A program made the translations under genes and the position numbers. From positions 1,560,001 to 1,592,000 of the forward strand of contig NC_002677.1 of assembly GCF_000195855.1 (NCBI RefSeq): a stretch of DNA of 32,000 nt, written 5' to 3'. Each line of letters starts with the position of its first letter. The stretch's first letter is position 1. The stretch is from Mycobacterium leprae TN. GTDB taxonomy: Bacteria; Actinomycetota; Actinomycetes; Mycobacteriales; Mycobacteriaceae. The notes below the pieces were generated by a model. It saw nothing but the letters and a program-made list of their open reading frames with translations, searched no databases and was not told the DNA's origin. Below, piece after piece: positions 12,138 to 22,161 of the stretch.

Positions 12138-12617
12138 ATGTCATCCGCTATCTTGTATCTTTACGCTCGCTTGTTCCTGCTGTGGATGTGCAAAGAGGAA
12201 GTTGTCGCGGAGTTGGACGATAGCTTCTATGCAGACTATTTAGACCTAAACTGCAAGTATCCCGATGTGCAAATGTTCTTTTCAGTCTTACCAAACATTT
12301 TTGTTGCAGCCCGTCCGAGTGCGAAAACGGCCGTGATTGCTCCTGTAATTCTCAAGGGGCCGTTTCACTTTACCGGTGGCGCACCAGCCTTGGACGGCGC
12401 CAAAAGCACATTCAAGCATGATGATGAATGGACCGACGAGTGGGCGCATGGTCGATCCTTGGATGCGTTAACTCTACAACCTCGGCATCGACTACAGTTC
12501 AACATACGCATTTCTGATCTCGAATGCGAGGACAGTCGGATAGCTGCATTGATATCCACTGATTCCCGCAGATTAGCTTGCGATTATTCTCTTCCTGCCT
12601 TATCTGACGCTGCATGA
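12138..12617 (+). CDS. Hypothetical protein of 159 aa; may be a chance or decayed ORF
   Basis: Longest uninterrupted ORF in the 10.1-13.9 kb gap. ATG follows a weak purine-rich stretch (agagga). Its third-position G+C is much lower than in flanking genes, and no family is recognised. Confidence 0.3.
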   Translation: MSSAILYLYARLFLLWMCKEEVVAELDDSFYADYLDLNCKYPDVQMFFSVLPNIFVAARPSAKTAVIAPVILKGPFHFTGGAPALDGAKSTFKHDDEWTDEWAHGRSLDALTLQPRHRLQFNIRISDLECEDSRIAALISTDSRRLACDYSLPALSDAA

Positions 12618-12949
12618 GGTGGCCAAAGAAGACTATGTCAAGCAACATCTTCCGCATTTCGAACAGTGCGTATACAATTGCGCTTGAGTGGCCTAACGTA
12701 ATTCAATTTTTTCTTGCACGATATCCCTGACATGGACTTCGTTTGTCCGCCCGGGAAGTGTCGGCACGTATTTTGAACGAGAAAGGGCTCTGATTTTCAT
12801 TCTCCAGGGAGAAATTTTCTGGAAACATCAGCCTGCTGGAGGGAACCAAATAGTTCTATCGATAACTTGGAGTTATGTGGATTAAGCCCGGTCCGTTTTT
12901 CCGTCGACTGGCAAGCAAATGTACGCTAAATGAAATTTAGGCCAAGCGT

Positions 12950-13600
12950 CACGTACACTATGATGCGTGAATCCGCGAAATCGTCATAGTTGGTTTGGTT
13001 TGGGTGGTGGTGTTGTGGTGGGCTGGTGGGGTGTGGGTGGTTGATCTGCGCTAGAAGGTTGCCGTATGTGCCGCCGACGGCCGGATCATCGATGCACTGT
13101 TCACTAACACGATACTGCTGCACCCGGCGGCATGCCTGCTTGCTGGCTGAGGGCCGGTCAACAAGCCGCCGACACCGATACCAGCGGCAGAAATGGTGCA
13201 AGGGATAACATCAGGTGCGAATAGTTATACCGTGCACGGGGACGTGCCTGTTCAGGTGCGGCCACATTGACCACGCCGACACCTCAAGGCCATGACATGC
13301 ACACTAAAACGCCCCTACCCCGCGGCGCTAACAACTATCCTCACACTCACGCCTGCATCGATATCGCCTTCAGCACAGCCCAGGTGCCCAGCCCCTGGCA
13401 TCATCAACATGTAGACCAAGCAGCATCCACCACCGACATGCTTACGTGCGCCGCGCTAATCGTGTCCACTGCGGCAAAGCACACGAAGCCTCATCGAAAG
13501 CAGGCAGTCAGCCACCCACCAACAAAAACCCCGCAACACAGCAACAAACGATTTAGTCAACACTGTCGAACATGCGAGCGCGTAGTGCGCGCTTCACCGC
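12950..13600. repeat. RLEP repetitive element (M. leprae-specific dispersed repeat); boundaries approximate
   Basis: Contains CACCGATACCAGCGGCAGAA (13173-13192) and the reverse complement of TGCATGTCATGGCCTTGAGG (13282-13301), the classical RLEP diagnostic PCR primer sites, spanning 129 bp. CAGAAATGGTGCAAGGGA (13188) and the reverse complement of TGAGGTGTCGGCGTGGTC (to 13286) also match, spanning 99 bp. Confidence 0.92.
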
Positions 13601-13916
13601 AGCCTGGCGCTCTCCGCCGATTTTTGTGTATTCGCACATATAGTGCCAAACTTCTTTCTTGCCGTTGAAGCAATCTATTTATCGGACTTAAACCGGTTTG
13701 TTCCTACTATGGAGAGAGCGGCCACCTCATAGTTATCTGCCTGTTCTACGAAATCATCGACGTCAACGCTTCGCACGTTAACTATGGACTGCAAATCGGT
13801 TTCCGGATTTTGCGCCGTTGCGCTTCTCTGGCGTATAGACCGATGGTTATGGAACCGGCGTCGCACCGAGACGCACGCCCGCGTACGCCGTCGACGCGTC
13901 CCCTAGGCTTCAAGTC

Positions 13917-15461
13917 ATGCAGCGGATTATTGGGACGGAGGTAGAGTATGGCATTTCGTCCCCGTCGGACCCGACCGCCAACCCGATCCTCACCTCGACG
14001 CAGGCGGTCTTGGCCTACGCTGCTGCCGCTGGCATTCAGCGTGTTAAACGCACCCGCTGGGACTACGAGGTGGAATCGCCGCTGCGGGACGCCCGGGGCT
14101 TCGATCTAAGCCGGTCAGCGGGACCGCCGCCGGTGGTGGACGCCGATGAAGTTGGCGCTGCCAACATGATCTTGACCAACGGGGCGCGGCTGTATGTCGA
14201 TCATGCGCACCCGGAGTACTCTGCCCCCGAATGCACCGACCCGCTGGACGCAGTGATCTGGGACAAGGCTGGGGAGCGTGTGATGGAAGCCGCCGCTCGG
14301 CATGTCGCTAGTGTGCCGGGAGCCGCCAAACTGCAGTTGTACAAGAACAATGTTGACGGCAAGGGTGCCTCCTATGGGGCGCATGAGAACTATCTGATGT
14401 CGCGGCAGACACCGTTTTCAGCTATCATAGCTGGGTTGACCCCGTTTTTGGTGTCGAGGCAGGTGGTCACCGGCTCTGGGCGGGTCGGCATCGGGCCCGC
14501 GGGTGACGAGCCCGGCTTCCAGCTGTCCCAGCGTTCCGATTACATCGAGGTCGAGGTCGGGCTCGAGACTACGCTGAAACGCGGCATTATCAACACTCGC
14601 GATGAACCGCACGCCGACGCCGACCGGTATCGCCGGTTGCATGTCATCGTCGGTGATGCCAACCTGGCCGAGACATCGACCTACCTGAAACTGGGCACCA
14701 CGGCGCTGGTGCTCGATTTGATCGAAGAAGGTCCAGTACACGGAATAGACTTGACCGACCTCACGCTGGCCCGGCCGGTGCATGCTGTCCATGCGATAAG
14801 CCGCGATGCATCGTTGCGGGCCACTGTGACGTTGGTCGACGGCCGTGAATTGACCGGTCTTGCGCTACAACGGATTTACCTCGACCGAGTGGCAAAGCTG
14901 GTCGACAGCCGTGACCCTGACCCCCGCGCAGCCGACGTCGTGAAAACTTGGGTGCACGTGCTTGACCAGCTGGAGCGCGACCCGATGGACTGTGCTGAAC
15001 TGCTGGACTGGCCGGCGAAGCTGCGGCTGCTTGAAGGTTTTCGGCAGCGGGAGAACTTGAACTGGTCAGCCCCGCGGCTACATCTAGTCGACCTGCAGTA
15101 TTCTGACGTTCGGTTGGACAAGGGGCTGTATAATAGGTTGGTCGCCCGCGGCTCGATGAAACGTCTGGTCAACGAACACCAGGTGCTCCGGGCGGTGAAC
15201 AACCCGCCGACCGATACTCGCGCGTATTTTCGCGGCGAATGCTTGCGCCGGTTCAGTGCCGACATCGCCGCGGCCAGTTGGGACTCAGTGATCTTTGACC
15301 TAGGCGGTGACTCGCTGGTTCGGATCCCGACCTTGGAGCCACTGCGCGGCAGCAAGGCCCATGTCGGAGCGCTGTTGGACTCGGTGGACAGCGCTGCGGA
15401 ATTAGTGGAGCAATTAACTACTAAGCCTGTTGACCCGGGAAAGGTCGGACTGGACCGGTAG
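13917..15461 (+). CDS. dop: Deamidase/depupylase of Pup
   Basis: '[31 protein letters not shown]...' with '[20 protein letters not shown]' and '[50 protein letters not shown]'. Pup ligase/depupylase family with the extended Dop loop, located directly upstream of pup. Confidence 0.97.
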   Translation: MQRIIGTEVEYGISSPSDPTANPILTSTQAVLAYAAAAGIQRVKRTRWDYEVESPLRDARGFDLSRSAGPPPVVDADEVGAANMILTNGARLYVDHAHPEYSAPECTDPLDAVIWDKAGERVMEAAARHVASVPGAAKLQLYKNNVDGKGASYGAHENYLMSRQTPFSAIIAGLTPFLVSRQVVTGSGRVGIGPAGDEPGFQLSQRSDYIEVEVGLETTLKRGIINTRDEPHADADRYRRLHVIVGDANLAETSTYLKLGTTALVLDLIEEGPVHGIDLTDLTLARPVHAVHAISRDASLRATVTLVDGRELTGLALQRIYLDRVAKLVDSRDPDPRAADVVKTWVHVLDQLERDPMDCAELLDWPAKLRLLEGFRQRENLNWSAPRLHLVDLQYSDVRLDKGLYNRLVARGSMKRLVNEHQVLRAVNNPPTDTRAYFRGECLRRFSADIAAASWDSVIFDLGGDSLVRIPTLEPLRGSKAHVGALLDSVDSAAELVEQLTTKPVDPGKVGLDR

Positions 15462-15492
15462 GGTAGAGAAAGACTAGAAACAGGAGGCGGCG

Positions 15493-15684
15493 ATGGCTCA
15501 GGAGCAGACTAGGCGTGGTGGTGGAGGTGATGACGATGAGTTCACCAGCAGCACGTCTGTGGGCCAGGAGCGTCGCGAGAAGCTGACTGAGGAGACCGAC
15601 GATTTGCTCGACGAAATTGACGATGTCCTTGAGGAGAATGCGGAAGACTTTGTTCGCGCGTACGTACAAAAGGGCGGACAGTGA
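15493..15684 (+). CDS. pup: Prokaryotic ubiquitin-like protein Pup
   Basis: 63-aa '[63 protein letters not shown]' ending in GGQ, so Dop deamidation would be needed. An 'aggaggcgg' RBS is at 15483-15490. Confidence 0.98.
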   Translation: MAQEQTRRGGGGDDDEFTSSTSVGQERREKLTEETDDLLDEIDDVLEENAEDFVRAYVQKGGQ

Positions 15685-16556
15685 CCCGGTCGTTTCCTGA
15701 TCGTCTGCCTACAAACTTGGCATTTCCCGGAATTTCAGTGATAAATCAGTCCTCGTTCGTCGACCTGCTGCGTCGCCAAGCGCCAGAATTGCTACCGGTG
15801 AGTCTTGGCGGCGGCCAATCTGGCGGTGGTCAACAACTGTCGCACGGGACCACGATCGTCGTGCTGAAATACCCAGGCGGCGTCGTCATCGCGGGTGATC
15901 GCCGTTCTACTCAGGGCAATATGATCGCCGGCCGCGATGTGCGCAAAGTCTACATCACCGATGACTACACCGCCACCGGTATCGCCGGCATTGCTGCCGT
16001 AGCGGTCGAGTTCGCCCGCCTCTACGCGGTCGAACTCGAGCACTATGAGAAGCTCGAAGGCGTGCCGCTTACGTTTGCTGGCAAGGTAAACCGGCTTGCG
16101 ATCATGGTCCGTAGCAATTTAACGGCCGCGATGCAGGGGCTGTTGGCGCTGCCACTGCTGGCGGGCTACGACATTCATGCACCTGACCCGCAGAGCGCGG
16201 GGCGCATCGTCTCTTTCGATGCCGCCGGCGGCTGGAACATCGAGGAAGAGGGCTACCAGTCGGTAGGGTCGGGGTCGATTTTCGCTAAGTCGTCGATAAA
16301 GAAATTGTACTCGCAGGTCTCCGATGCTGATTCTGCCTTGAGGGTAGCCATCGAGGCGCTCTATGACGCAGCCGACGACGATTCCGCTACCGGAGGGCCG
16401 GATTTGGTCCGTGGCATCTACCCTACGGCGGTCACTATCGGCGCTGAGGGAGCGGCCGAGGTAACAGAAAGCCGGATCGCCGAACTTGCCCGCGAGATTA
16501 TCGAAAGCCGTTCACGTGCGTACACTCTTGGCTCCTTTGGCGGGAGTGAGAAATGA
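15681..16556 (+). CDS. prcB: 20S proteasome beta subunit, with propeptide
   Basis: GTG start overlaps the pup stop by 4 nt. The propeptide ends 'QQLSHG|[19 protein letters not shown]', giving an N-terminal catalytic Thr (T57 by my count, codon at 15849). Confidence 0.98.
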   Translation: MTRSFPDRLPTNLAFPGISVINQSSFVDLLRRQAPELLPVSLGGGQSGGGQQLSHGTTIVVLKYPGGVVIAGDRRSTQGNMIAGRDVRKVYITDDYTATGIAGIAAVAVEFARLYAVELEHYEKLEGVPLTFAGKVNRLAIMVRSNLTAAMQGLLALPLLAGYDIHAPDPQSAGRIVSFDAAGGWNIEEEGYQSVGSGSIFAKSSIKKLYSQVSDADSALRVAIEALYDAADDDSATGGPDLVRGIYPTAVTIGAEGAAEVTESRIAELAREIIESRSRAYTLGSFGGSEK

Positions 16557-17350
16557 GTTTTCCGTACTTCATCTCACCTGAACAGGCTATGCGCGAGCGC
16601 AGCGAGCTCGCTCGCAAGGGTATTGCTCGGGGCCGCAGCGTGGTAGCGCTAGCCTATGCTGGCGGTGTTTTGTTCGTCGCGGAGAACCCGTCACGCTCAC
16701 TGCAGAAGATCAGTGAACTCTACGATCGAGTGGGCTTTGCGGCCGCAGGTAAGTTTAATGAGTTCGACAATTTACGCCGCGGCGGGATCCAATTCGCTGA
16801 TACTCGAGGTTACGCTTACGATCGCCGCGACGTCACCGGCCGGCAGTTGGCCAACGTCTATGCGCAGACGCTTGGCACTATCTTCACGGAACAGGCCAAA
16901 CCTTACGAGGTTGAGTTGTGCGTAGCTGAGGTCGCGCACTACGGTGAAACGAAACCGCCTGAGCTGTACCGGATCACCTACGACGGATCGATCAACGATG
17001 AACCGCATTTTATGGTCATGGGTGGCACTACGGAGTCGATCGCTAACGCGCTCAAAGAGTCGTATGCCGAGAATGCCAGCTTGACCGACGCTCTGGGGAT
17101 CGCGGTCGCAGCACTGCGGGCGGGCAGTGCGGATGCCGCCGGTAGCGATCAACCTACCCTTGGCGTGGCCAGCTTAGAGGTGGCTGTCCTCGATGCTAAT
17201 CGGCCGCGGCGGGCTTTTCGTCGGATCATCGGCTCTGGGTTGGAAGCATTGCTGCGGGAAAAGGATTCCAAAGGCTCCAAGGGTGCTCAGAATCCCAAAG
17301 GTGCTAGGGATTCGAAGAATTCGAAATCCTACGGCGAATCAACGGATTAG
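16553..17350 (+). CDS. prcA: 20S proteasome alpha subunit
   Basis: ATGA overlap with prcB. '[47 protein letters not shown]' is the PrcA N-terminal alpha-ring signature. C-terminal tail is lysine/serine/glycine-rich. Confidence 0.98.
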   Translation: MSFPYFISPEQAMRERSELARKGIARGRSVVALAYAGGVLFVAENPSRSLQKISELYDRVGFAAAGKFNEFDNLRRGGIQFADTRGYAYDRRDVTGRQLANVYAQTLGTIFTEQAKPYEVELCVAEVAHYGETKPPELYRITYDGSINDEPHFMVMGGTTESIANALKESYAENASLTDALGIAVAALRAGSADAAGSDQPTLGVASLEVAVLDANRPRRAFRRIIGSGLEALLREKDSKGSKGAQNPKGARDSKNSKSYGESTD

Positions 17351-17416
17351 GGGTACAGCCTATTCGGTCGTTAGTGGCCAATTCGGCGAGCACTTGCAGC
17401 ACTCATTGCTGTTAGA

Positions 17417-17735
17417 CTGCATACGACGGTGACGTTGGACGACCACGTCAAGCAGTTTGGTGCGGCGTCTGGATGGCTGAGCGGCAGATGTCCTTCAAAA
17501 AGGTGTTCAACGACGTGATTCGGGACAGTGTCTTAGGGCGATTCGAGCCGCACCGGTTTACCGCATGTATTACTGACTTGGCCTTGTCCGCAGTAAATCT
17601 TGATTGGGCTTTGCCAATTGCGGCCGAATTCGAGGACGAGGAACTCGTGCGTCGTCTCAGCGGCTTCGGTCATGAGCGTCGCTCCTTCTTATCTCATCGT
17701 CTCGCTCCACATCGTCTACCGGCGCGGATCATAAC
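17417..17735 (+). pseudogene. VapB antitoxin remnant (positionally VapB37-like, Rv2104c)
   Basis: Frame 2 'HTTVTLDDHVKQF' continues after a frameshift around 17450-17470 as 'MAERQMSFKKVFNDVIRD...LSAVNLDWALPIAAEFEDEELVRRL', characteristic of VapB. It lies directly upstream of the vapC remnant. The 3' boundary is approximate. Confidence 0.7.
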
Positions 17736-17740
17736 TATTC

Positions 17741-18244
17741 ATGAAAATCGCCGACGCGAACGTGCTGCTGTATTCCGGTAACACGTCTAGCGAACACACA
17801 GGTCATCCTTGCGCTGGCTCAACGGTGCGACTATCGTGTGCTGATCGCATCGGATTCGGGTGGGTCCCGTTGTTGGTGTTCGTTCGGCCCGCGACCAAGA
17901 TGGGGTTGGTTCTTCGCACGATGTCTTCAGAGGATGCCATAGGTCAGGTCGCGGATTGGCTGACGGGGCCGAGCGCGGTGTTGATGTGTCTAACTGTGCG
18001 CCACGCCGCTTTCCTGGTAAAAATTCTGGTGTAACTGGGAACTGGCGGTAACCTCGTCAACGATGCCCACTTGATCTTGATAGCGCTTGCCGTCGAACAT
18101 TGCTCGAGCATCGTATCCCATGACAGCGACTTTGGCCGATTCGACAGTGTGCGCGGGGATCAACTATCGGCGCTGCTATCCCTTTATAAGGGTAAGCTAG
18201 CACATGAACCGGTCCTAGTAGATCTGATTAACGGCAGGCCCTAG
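17741..18244 (+). pseudogene. VapC PIN-domain toxin remnant (VapC37-like, Rv2103c)
   Basis: 'MKIADANVLLYSGNTSSEH...ADRIGFGWVPLLVFVRPATKMGL...' reaches an in-frame TAA (18032-18034), then continues in the same frame as 'LGTGGNLVNDAHLILIALAVEHCSSIVSHDSDFGRFDSVRGDQLSALLSLYKG'. PIN acidic motifs are recognisable. Confidence 0.85.
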
Positions 18245-18959
18245 AGGGGCTAAACTCGTCTCTGGGAGCTGGTCAAGTAATGCTACCGATGGTGTTGCTG
18301 ATACGCTCGGGGCAATGACGTCTTCTTGCCAAGCGTAATAACTGGCCAGGCAGTCGACTAGTTGGGTGGCCTGCACTTTACTTGTGCATCTGCTTGTTCA
18401 CGAACGGATAGCCCAGCGGCAGTTCCCGGGCGTGGGCTGGAGACAGCCGACAGACCGAGTTTGGCGAAGACATCTATCAAGTTGTCGAGCATCTCGCCGG
18501 AGAGTAATTCGCTATGTATCAAGCATTTTTAGCCAGTTCCTGCTTGGCATGAGTTCATTCGGACTTTCCGAATGCGGGGAACCGATCCGGATCCGATAAA
18601 ACCTGACCCTGCTGCCTTGTATCTGCGTAGTAACCGAGCTCGGTCAACCTCGAGAGTGATCACTTGCCCTTGACTGCGGCCGCGCCTAGTTAGTTGGTTG
18701 CCCTGCCCAAATGTCCTCCAGCACCGCAATGAAGCGCTCCGACTACCCAGGTTTGTGCGATCGGGCCGCGGGCGCTGCGCGCCTTGACTCCCGTACTCAA
18801 CGGAGCGGGGCCGCTATGGCGATGATACCAGACACTACTCACCCGCTCGGGAGCGTCGGGATGACGCTACTTGGCGGATTTTGGCCTTGCCGTCAATAAG
18901 CAGGACAACAGCTACATGGCACCACGCCGCGGCGAGTGTTCAGGGCGGCGGGCGGTTTG

Positions 18960-19650
18960 TCCGATGATGGTGTGGGGTGGGTAAAGTCGGGGGTCGGGTG
19001 GCGCGTCTAGTGCTGAGTGTCTCGATACTAAAACGTATAAAACTAAAACGTGGATGACCGCATTGGTTGCCTGTTCGTTTTATCGATACCAAATGGGCAG
19101 TCGATATTTTTGCAGCCGAGGTGCCGAGTGCGTTGACGTGGCGCTGTGCGATCGTGTGCGAGCGATCGTCGCTTACCCTATGGGAGGCCCATCCGCATCG
19201 GCCGGCAATCCAGCAGAGCGGTGTTGGTGACGTTAGCCGGTCCCAAAGCGCGGTGGTGCCGGTCTCGTCATCGCCAGTGTCAATGCACACTTCGCGGCTG
19301 CAGGCTTTGGTGCGTGTGTGATGCAGTGCATCAGAGTCATAGCGATCGATCCACGCGTTGATGGCCTTTTCCAGTTTGGCTGCTGACAGCGGACTACATG
19401 CGGTTGTGTAGTTCGACTAAGGTGGCATCGATTAGCCGCAGCGCTTCCTCGTCGTGGACGAGTATTAGGTGCGCCACGTGACCGGTAGATGCTAACCGCG
19501 TACTGAGCCCTCATGCTAGAAACAGTGTTGCTACCTTCGGCAATCGATTTAGGGTGAGATTGAGATGTATCTGTCTGTCTTGAGGCATTGCCGTGGCTGA
19601 TGCTCAGCGCGGCAGCCACTTCGACAGCTGCGCAGTCCTTGGTACGCGGT
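18960..19650 (-). pseudogene. 13E12 repeat-family / DUF222-type protein remnant (Rv2100-like)
   Basis: Minus-strand fragments 'VAAALSISHGNASRQ' and 'GDDETGTTALWDRL', then 'RSHTIAQRHVNALG', match the 13E12 patterns 'ALSISHGMAS..', 'GDPDDEAGTAALWGRL' and 'DPRTIAQRRADALG'. The fragments are split across frames. Boundaries approximate. Confidence 0.7.
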
Positions 19651-19800
19651 ACCAACACGGTGCAGTTCAGTCGGGTTCGGCGGTGATATATCGAATATGC
19701 TTTTGTTGCTAGGGGGGTGGCACTGACATTGATGGTTGGTTGGTACCCGTGGGCGTGGCTCGCCCACCGCGATGCTCAAACAACCAGTACCCTCAAAGAT

Positions 19801-21159
19801 GTGCAGCGTCGAATTATGGGAATCGAAACCGAGTTCGGTGTCACCTGCACATTTCATGGTCACCGTCGTCTTTCCCCGGATGAGGTGGCCCGCTATCTGT
19901 TCCGTCGAGTGGTGTCCTGGGGCCGCAGCTCCAATGTCTTCCTGCGTAACGGTGCCCGCCTCTATCTTGACGTGGGCAGTCATCCCGAGTATGCTACCGC
20001 CGAATGCGACAACCTGGTGCAGCTTGTCACCCATGACCGGGCTGGCGAATGGGTGCTAGAAGACCTGCTCGTTGATGCCGAGCAGCGGCTCGCCGACGAA
20101 GGCATCGGTGGCGACATTTACCTGTTCAAGAACAACACCGACTCGGCGGGAAACTCCTACGGCTGTCACGAAAACTACCTGATCGTGCGCGCTGGTGAGT
20201 TCTCCAGAATTTCGGATGTGCTGCTGCCGTTCCTGGTCACTCGTCAGTTGATCTGCGGAGCCGGCAAGGTGCTGCAAACTCCCAAAGCCGCGACGTTCTG
20301 CCTGTCACAACGTGCTGAGCATATCTGGGAGGGCGTCTCTTCGGCGACTACCCGTAGCCGACCGATTATCAACACCCGCGACGAGCCACACGCCGACGCT
20401 GAGAAGTATAGGCGGCTGCACGTCATCGTCGGTGACTCCAATATGTGCGAGACCACCACCATGCTCAAGGTGGGCACCGCCGCGCTAATGCTGGAAATGG
20501 TCGAAACCGGGGTTCCATTTCGCGATTTTTCTCTGGACAACCCTATCCGCGCCATCCGGGAGGTCAGCCATGACATCACTGGGCGCCGTCCGGTGCGGTT
20601 GGCTGGCGGGCGTCAAGCTAGTGCGCTGGACATCCAACGGGAATATTACACCCGGGCCTTCGAACATCTGCAAACCCGAGAGCCTAACGTGCAGTTCGAG
20701 CAGGTTGTTGACTTGTGGGGCCGTCAGCTCGACGCCATTGAGAGCCAGGATTTCGCCAAGGTGGATACCGAGATCGACTGGGTGATCAAACGCAAGCTGT
20801 TTCAGCGCTACCAGGACCGCGACAACATGGAGCTGACCGATCCGAAGATCGCCCAGCTGGACCTGGCCTATCACGACATCAAGCGTGGGCGCGGTGTCTT
20901 CGATCTGCTGCAGCGTAAGGGGCTGGCGGCGCGTGTCACGACCGACGAAGACATTGCCGACGCGGTCAACCACCCGCCGCAAACCACCCGGGCTAGGCTG
21001 CGCGGCGAGTTCATCAGCGCCGCGCAGGCGGCGGGACGTGATTTCACTGTCGACTGGGTACATCTTAAACTTAACGACCAAGCGCAGCGCACGGTGTTGT
21101 GCAAAGACCCCTTCCGCGCGGTCGACGAGCGGGTCAAGCGGCTGATCGCGAGCATGTAG
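19801..21159 (+). CDS. pafA: Pup-protein ligase
   Basis: GTG start at 19801 gives '[38 protein letters not shown]...'; the track start of 19717 is upstream. Contains '[28 protein letters not shown]' and ends '[12 protein letters not shown]'. Confidence 0.97.
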   Translation: MQRRIMGIETEFGVTCTFHGHRRLSPDEVARYLFRRVVSWGRSSNVFLRNGARLYLDVGSHPEYATAECDNLVQLVTHDRAGEWVLEDLLVDAEQRLADEGIGGDIYLFKNNTDSAGNSYGCHENYLIVRAGEFSRISDVLLPFLVTRQLICGAGKVLQTPKAATFCLSQRAEHIWEGVSSATTRSRPIINTRDEPHADAEKYRRLHVIVGDSNMCETTTMLKVGTAALMLEMVETGVPFRDFSLDNPIRAIREVSHDITGRRPVRLAGGRQASALDIQREYYTRAFEHLQTREPNVQFEQVVDLWGRQLDAIESQDFAKVDTEIDWVIKRKLFQRYQDRDNMELTDPKIAQLDLAYHDIKRGRGVFDLLQRKGLAARVTTDEDIADAVNHPPQTTRARLRGEFISAAQAAGRDFTVDWVHLKLNDQAQRTVLCKDPFRAVDERVKRLIASM

Positions 21160-21165
21160 CTATAC

Positions 21166-22161
21166 ATGGCGACGTCGAAAGTTGAACGGCTGGTCAACCT
21201 GGTTATCGCCTTGCTGTCGACCCGTGGCTACATGACCGCTGAAAAGATCAGATCCAGCGTGGCGGGTTACTCCGACAGTCCTACCGTAGAGGCGTTCTCT
21301 CGGATGTTTGAGCGCGATAAGAACGAGTTACGTGACCTTGGCATACCGCTCGAGGTCGGCAAGGTGTCGGCGCTAGACCCCTCCGAGGGCTACCGCATCA
21401 ACCGCGATGCGTACGCACTTCCTCCCGTCGAGCTAACCCCGGACGAAGCGGCTGCAGTAGCTGTCGCAACTCAGCTGTGGGAATCGCAAGAACTGATCAC
21501 CGCGACACAAGGCGCATTGCTCAAGCTGCGGGCCGCCGGGGTTGACATCGACCCCCTCGATACACCGGTGGTCATCGCCTCATCGTCTGGGGTGTCAAGT
21601 CTGCGTGGGTCGGAGGATTTTCTATCAATCCTGTTGTCGGCCATTGGTTCTCGGCAGGCAGTGCAGTTTCCGTACCGGCCGTCACGGGCTGAGCCTTACA
21701 CCATGCGCAACGTCGAACCGTGGGGTGTGATCACCGAGAACAGTTGCTGGTATCTCGTTGGCCACGACTGCGATCGCAACGCCACCCGCACTTTCCGGCT
21801 CTCTCGGATCGGTTCGGAGGTCGCGCCGATCGGGCCTGCCGGCGCTGTCACCGTGCCTGACGGCGTCGATTTGCGCAGAATCGTGTCTGACGCCGTCGCC
21901 GAAGTGTCGACCGGCGCTACCGCCCGGGTGTGGGTCGTCGACGGACGGGCCACTGCGTTGCGGCACGCCGGACGACCCGCCGGTGTTCGGCGACTGGGCG
22001 GCCGCGACGGTCAGGTGATCGAACTCGACATTGGATCCATCGACCGGCTGGCCCGTGACATCGCTGGCCACGGTGCTGACGCTGTCGTGCTCGAGCCAGA
22101 CGCTCTGCGCGACGATGTGTTGATACGGTTGCGCGCCCACGCGGGAACAGGGCCTTCATGA
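21166..22161 (+). CDS. pafB: PafB, WYL-domain transcriptional regulator
   Basis: 'MATSKVERLVNLVIALLSTRGYMTAEKIRSSVAGYSDSPTVEAFSRMFERDKNELRDLGIPLEVG' has an HTH plus WYL architecture and sits immediately downstream of pafA. Confidence 0.95.
   Translation: MATSKVERLVNLVIALLSTRGYMTAEKIRSSVAGYSDSPTVEAFSRMFERDKNELRDLGIPLEVGKVSALDPSEGYRINRDAYALPPVELTPDEAAAVAVATQLWESQELITATQGALLKLRAAGVDIDPLDTPVVIASSSGVSSLRGSEDFLSILLSAIGSRQAVQFPYRPSRAEPYTMRNVEPWGVITENSCWYLVGHDCDRNATRTFRLSRIGSEVAPIGPAGAVTVPDGVDLRRIVSDAVAEVSTGATARVWVVDGRATALRHAGRPAGVRRLGGRDGQVIELDIGSIDRLARDIAGHGADAVVLEPDALRDDVLIRLRAHAGTGPS

Noticed and set aside
13267-13668. 133-aa ORF 'MTTPTPQGHDMHTKTPLPRGANNY...' considered as a new gene
   Set aside because: It begins within the RLEP repeat and has a low-complexity His/Thr/Pro composition. 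Most likely repeat-internal, not a protein gene.
14115-15355. Minus-strand ORFs opposite dop (14115..14384, 14418..14792, 14876..15355)
   Set aside because: Antisense shadows of dop with no signature motifs.
17741-18034. Treating the 97-aa VapC-like ORF as a functional short toxin
   Set aside because: It lacks the C-terminal PIN acidic residues, has an internal frame-shifted segment, and the remaining domain follows an in-frame stop.
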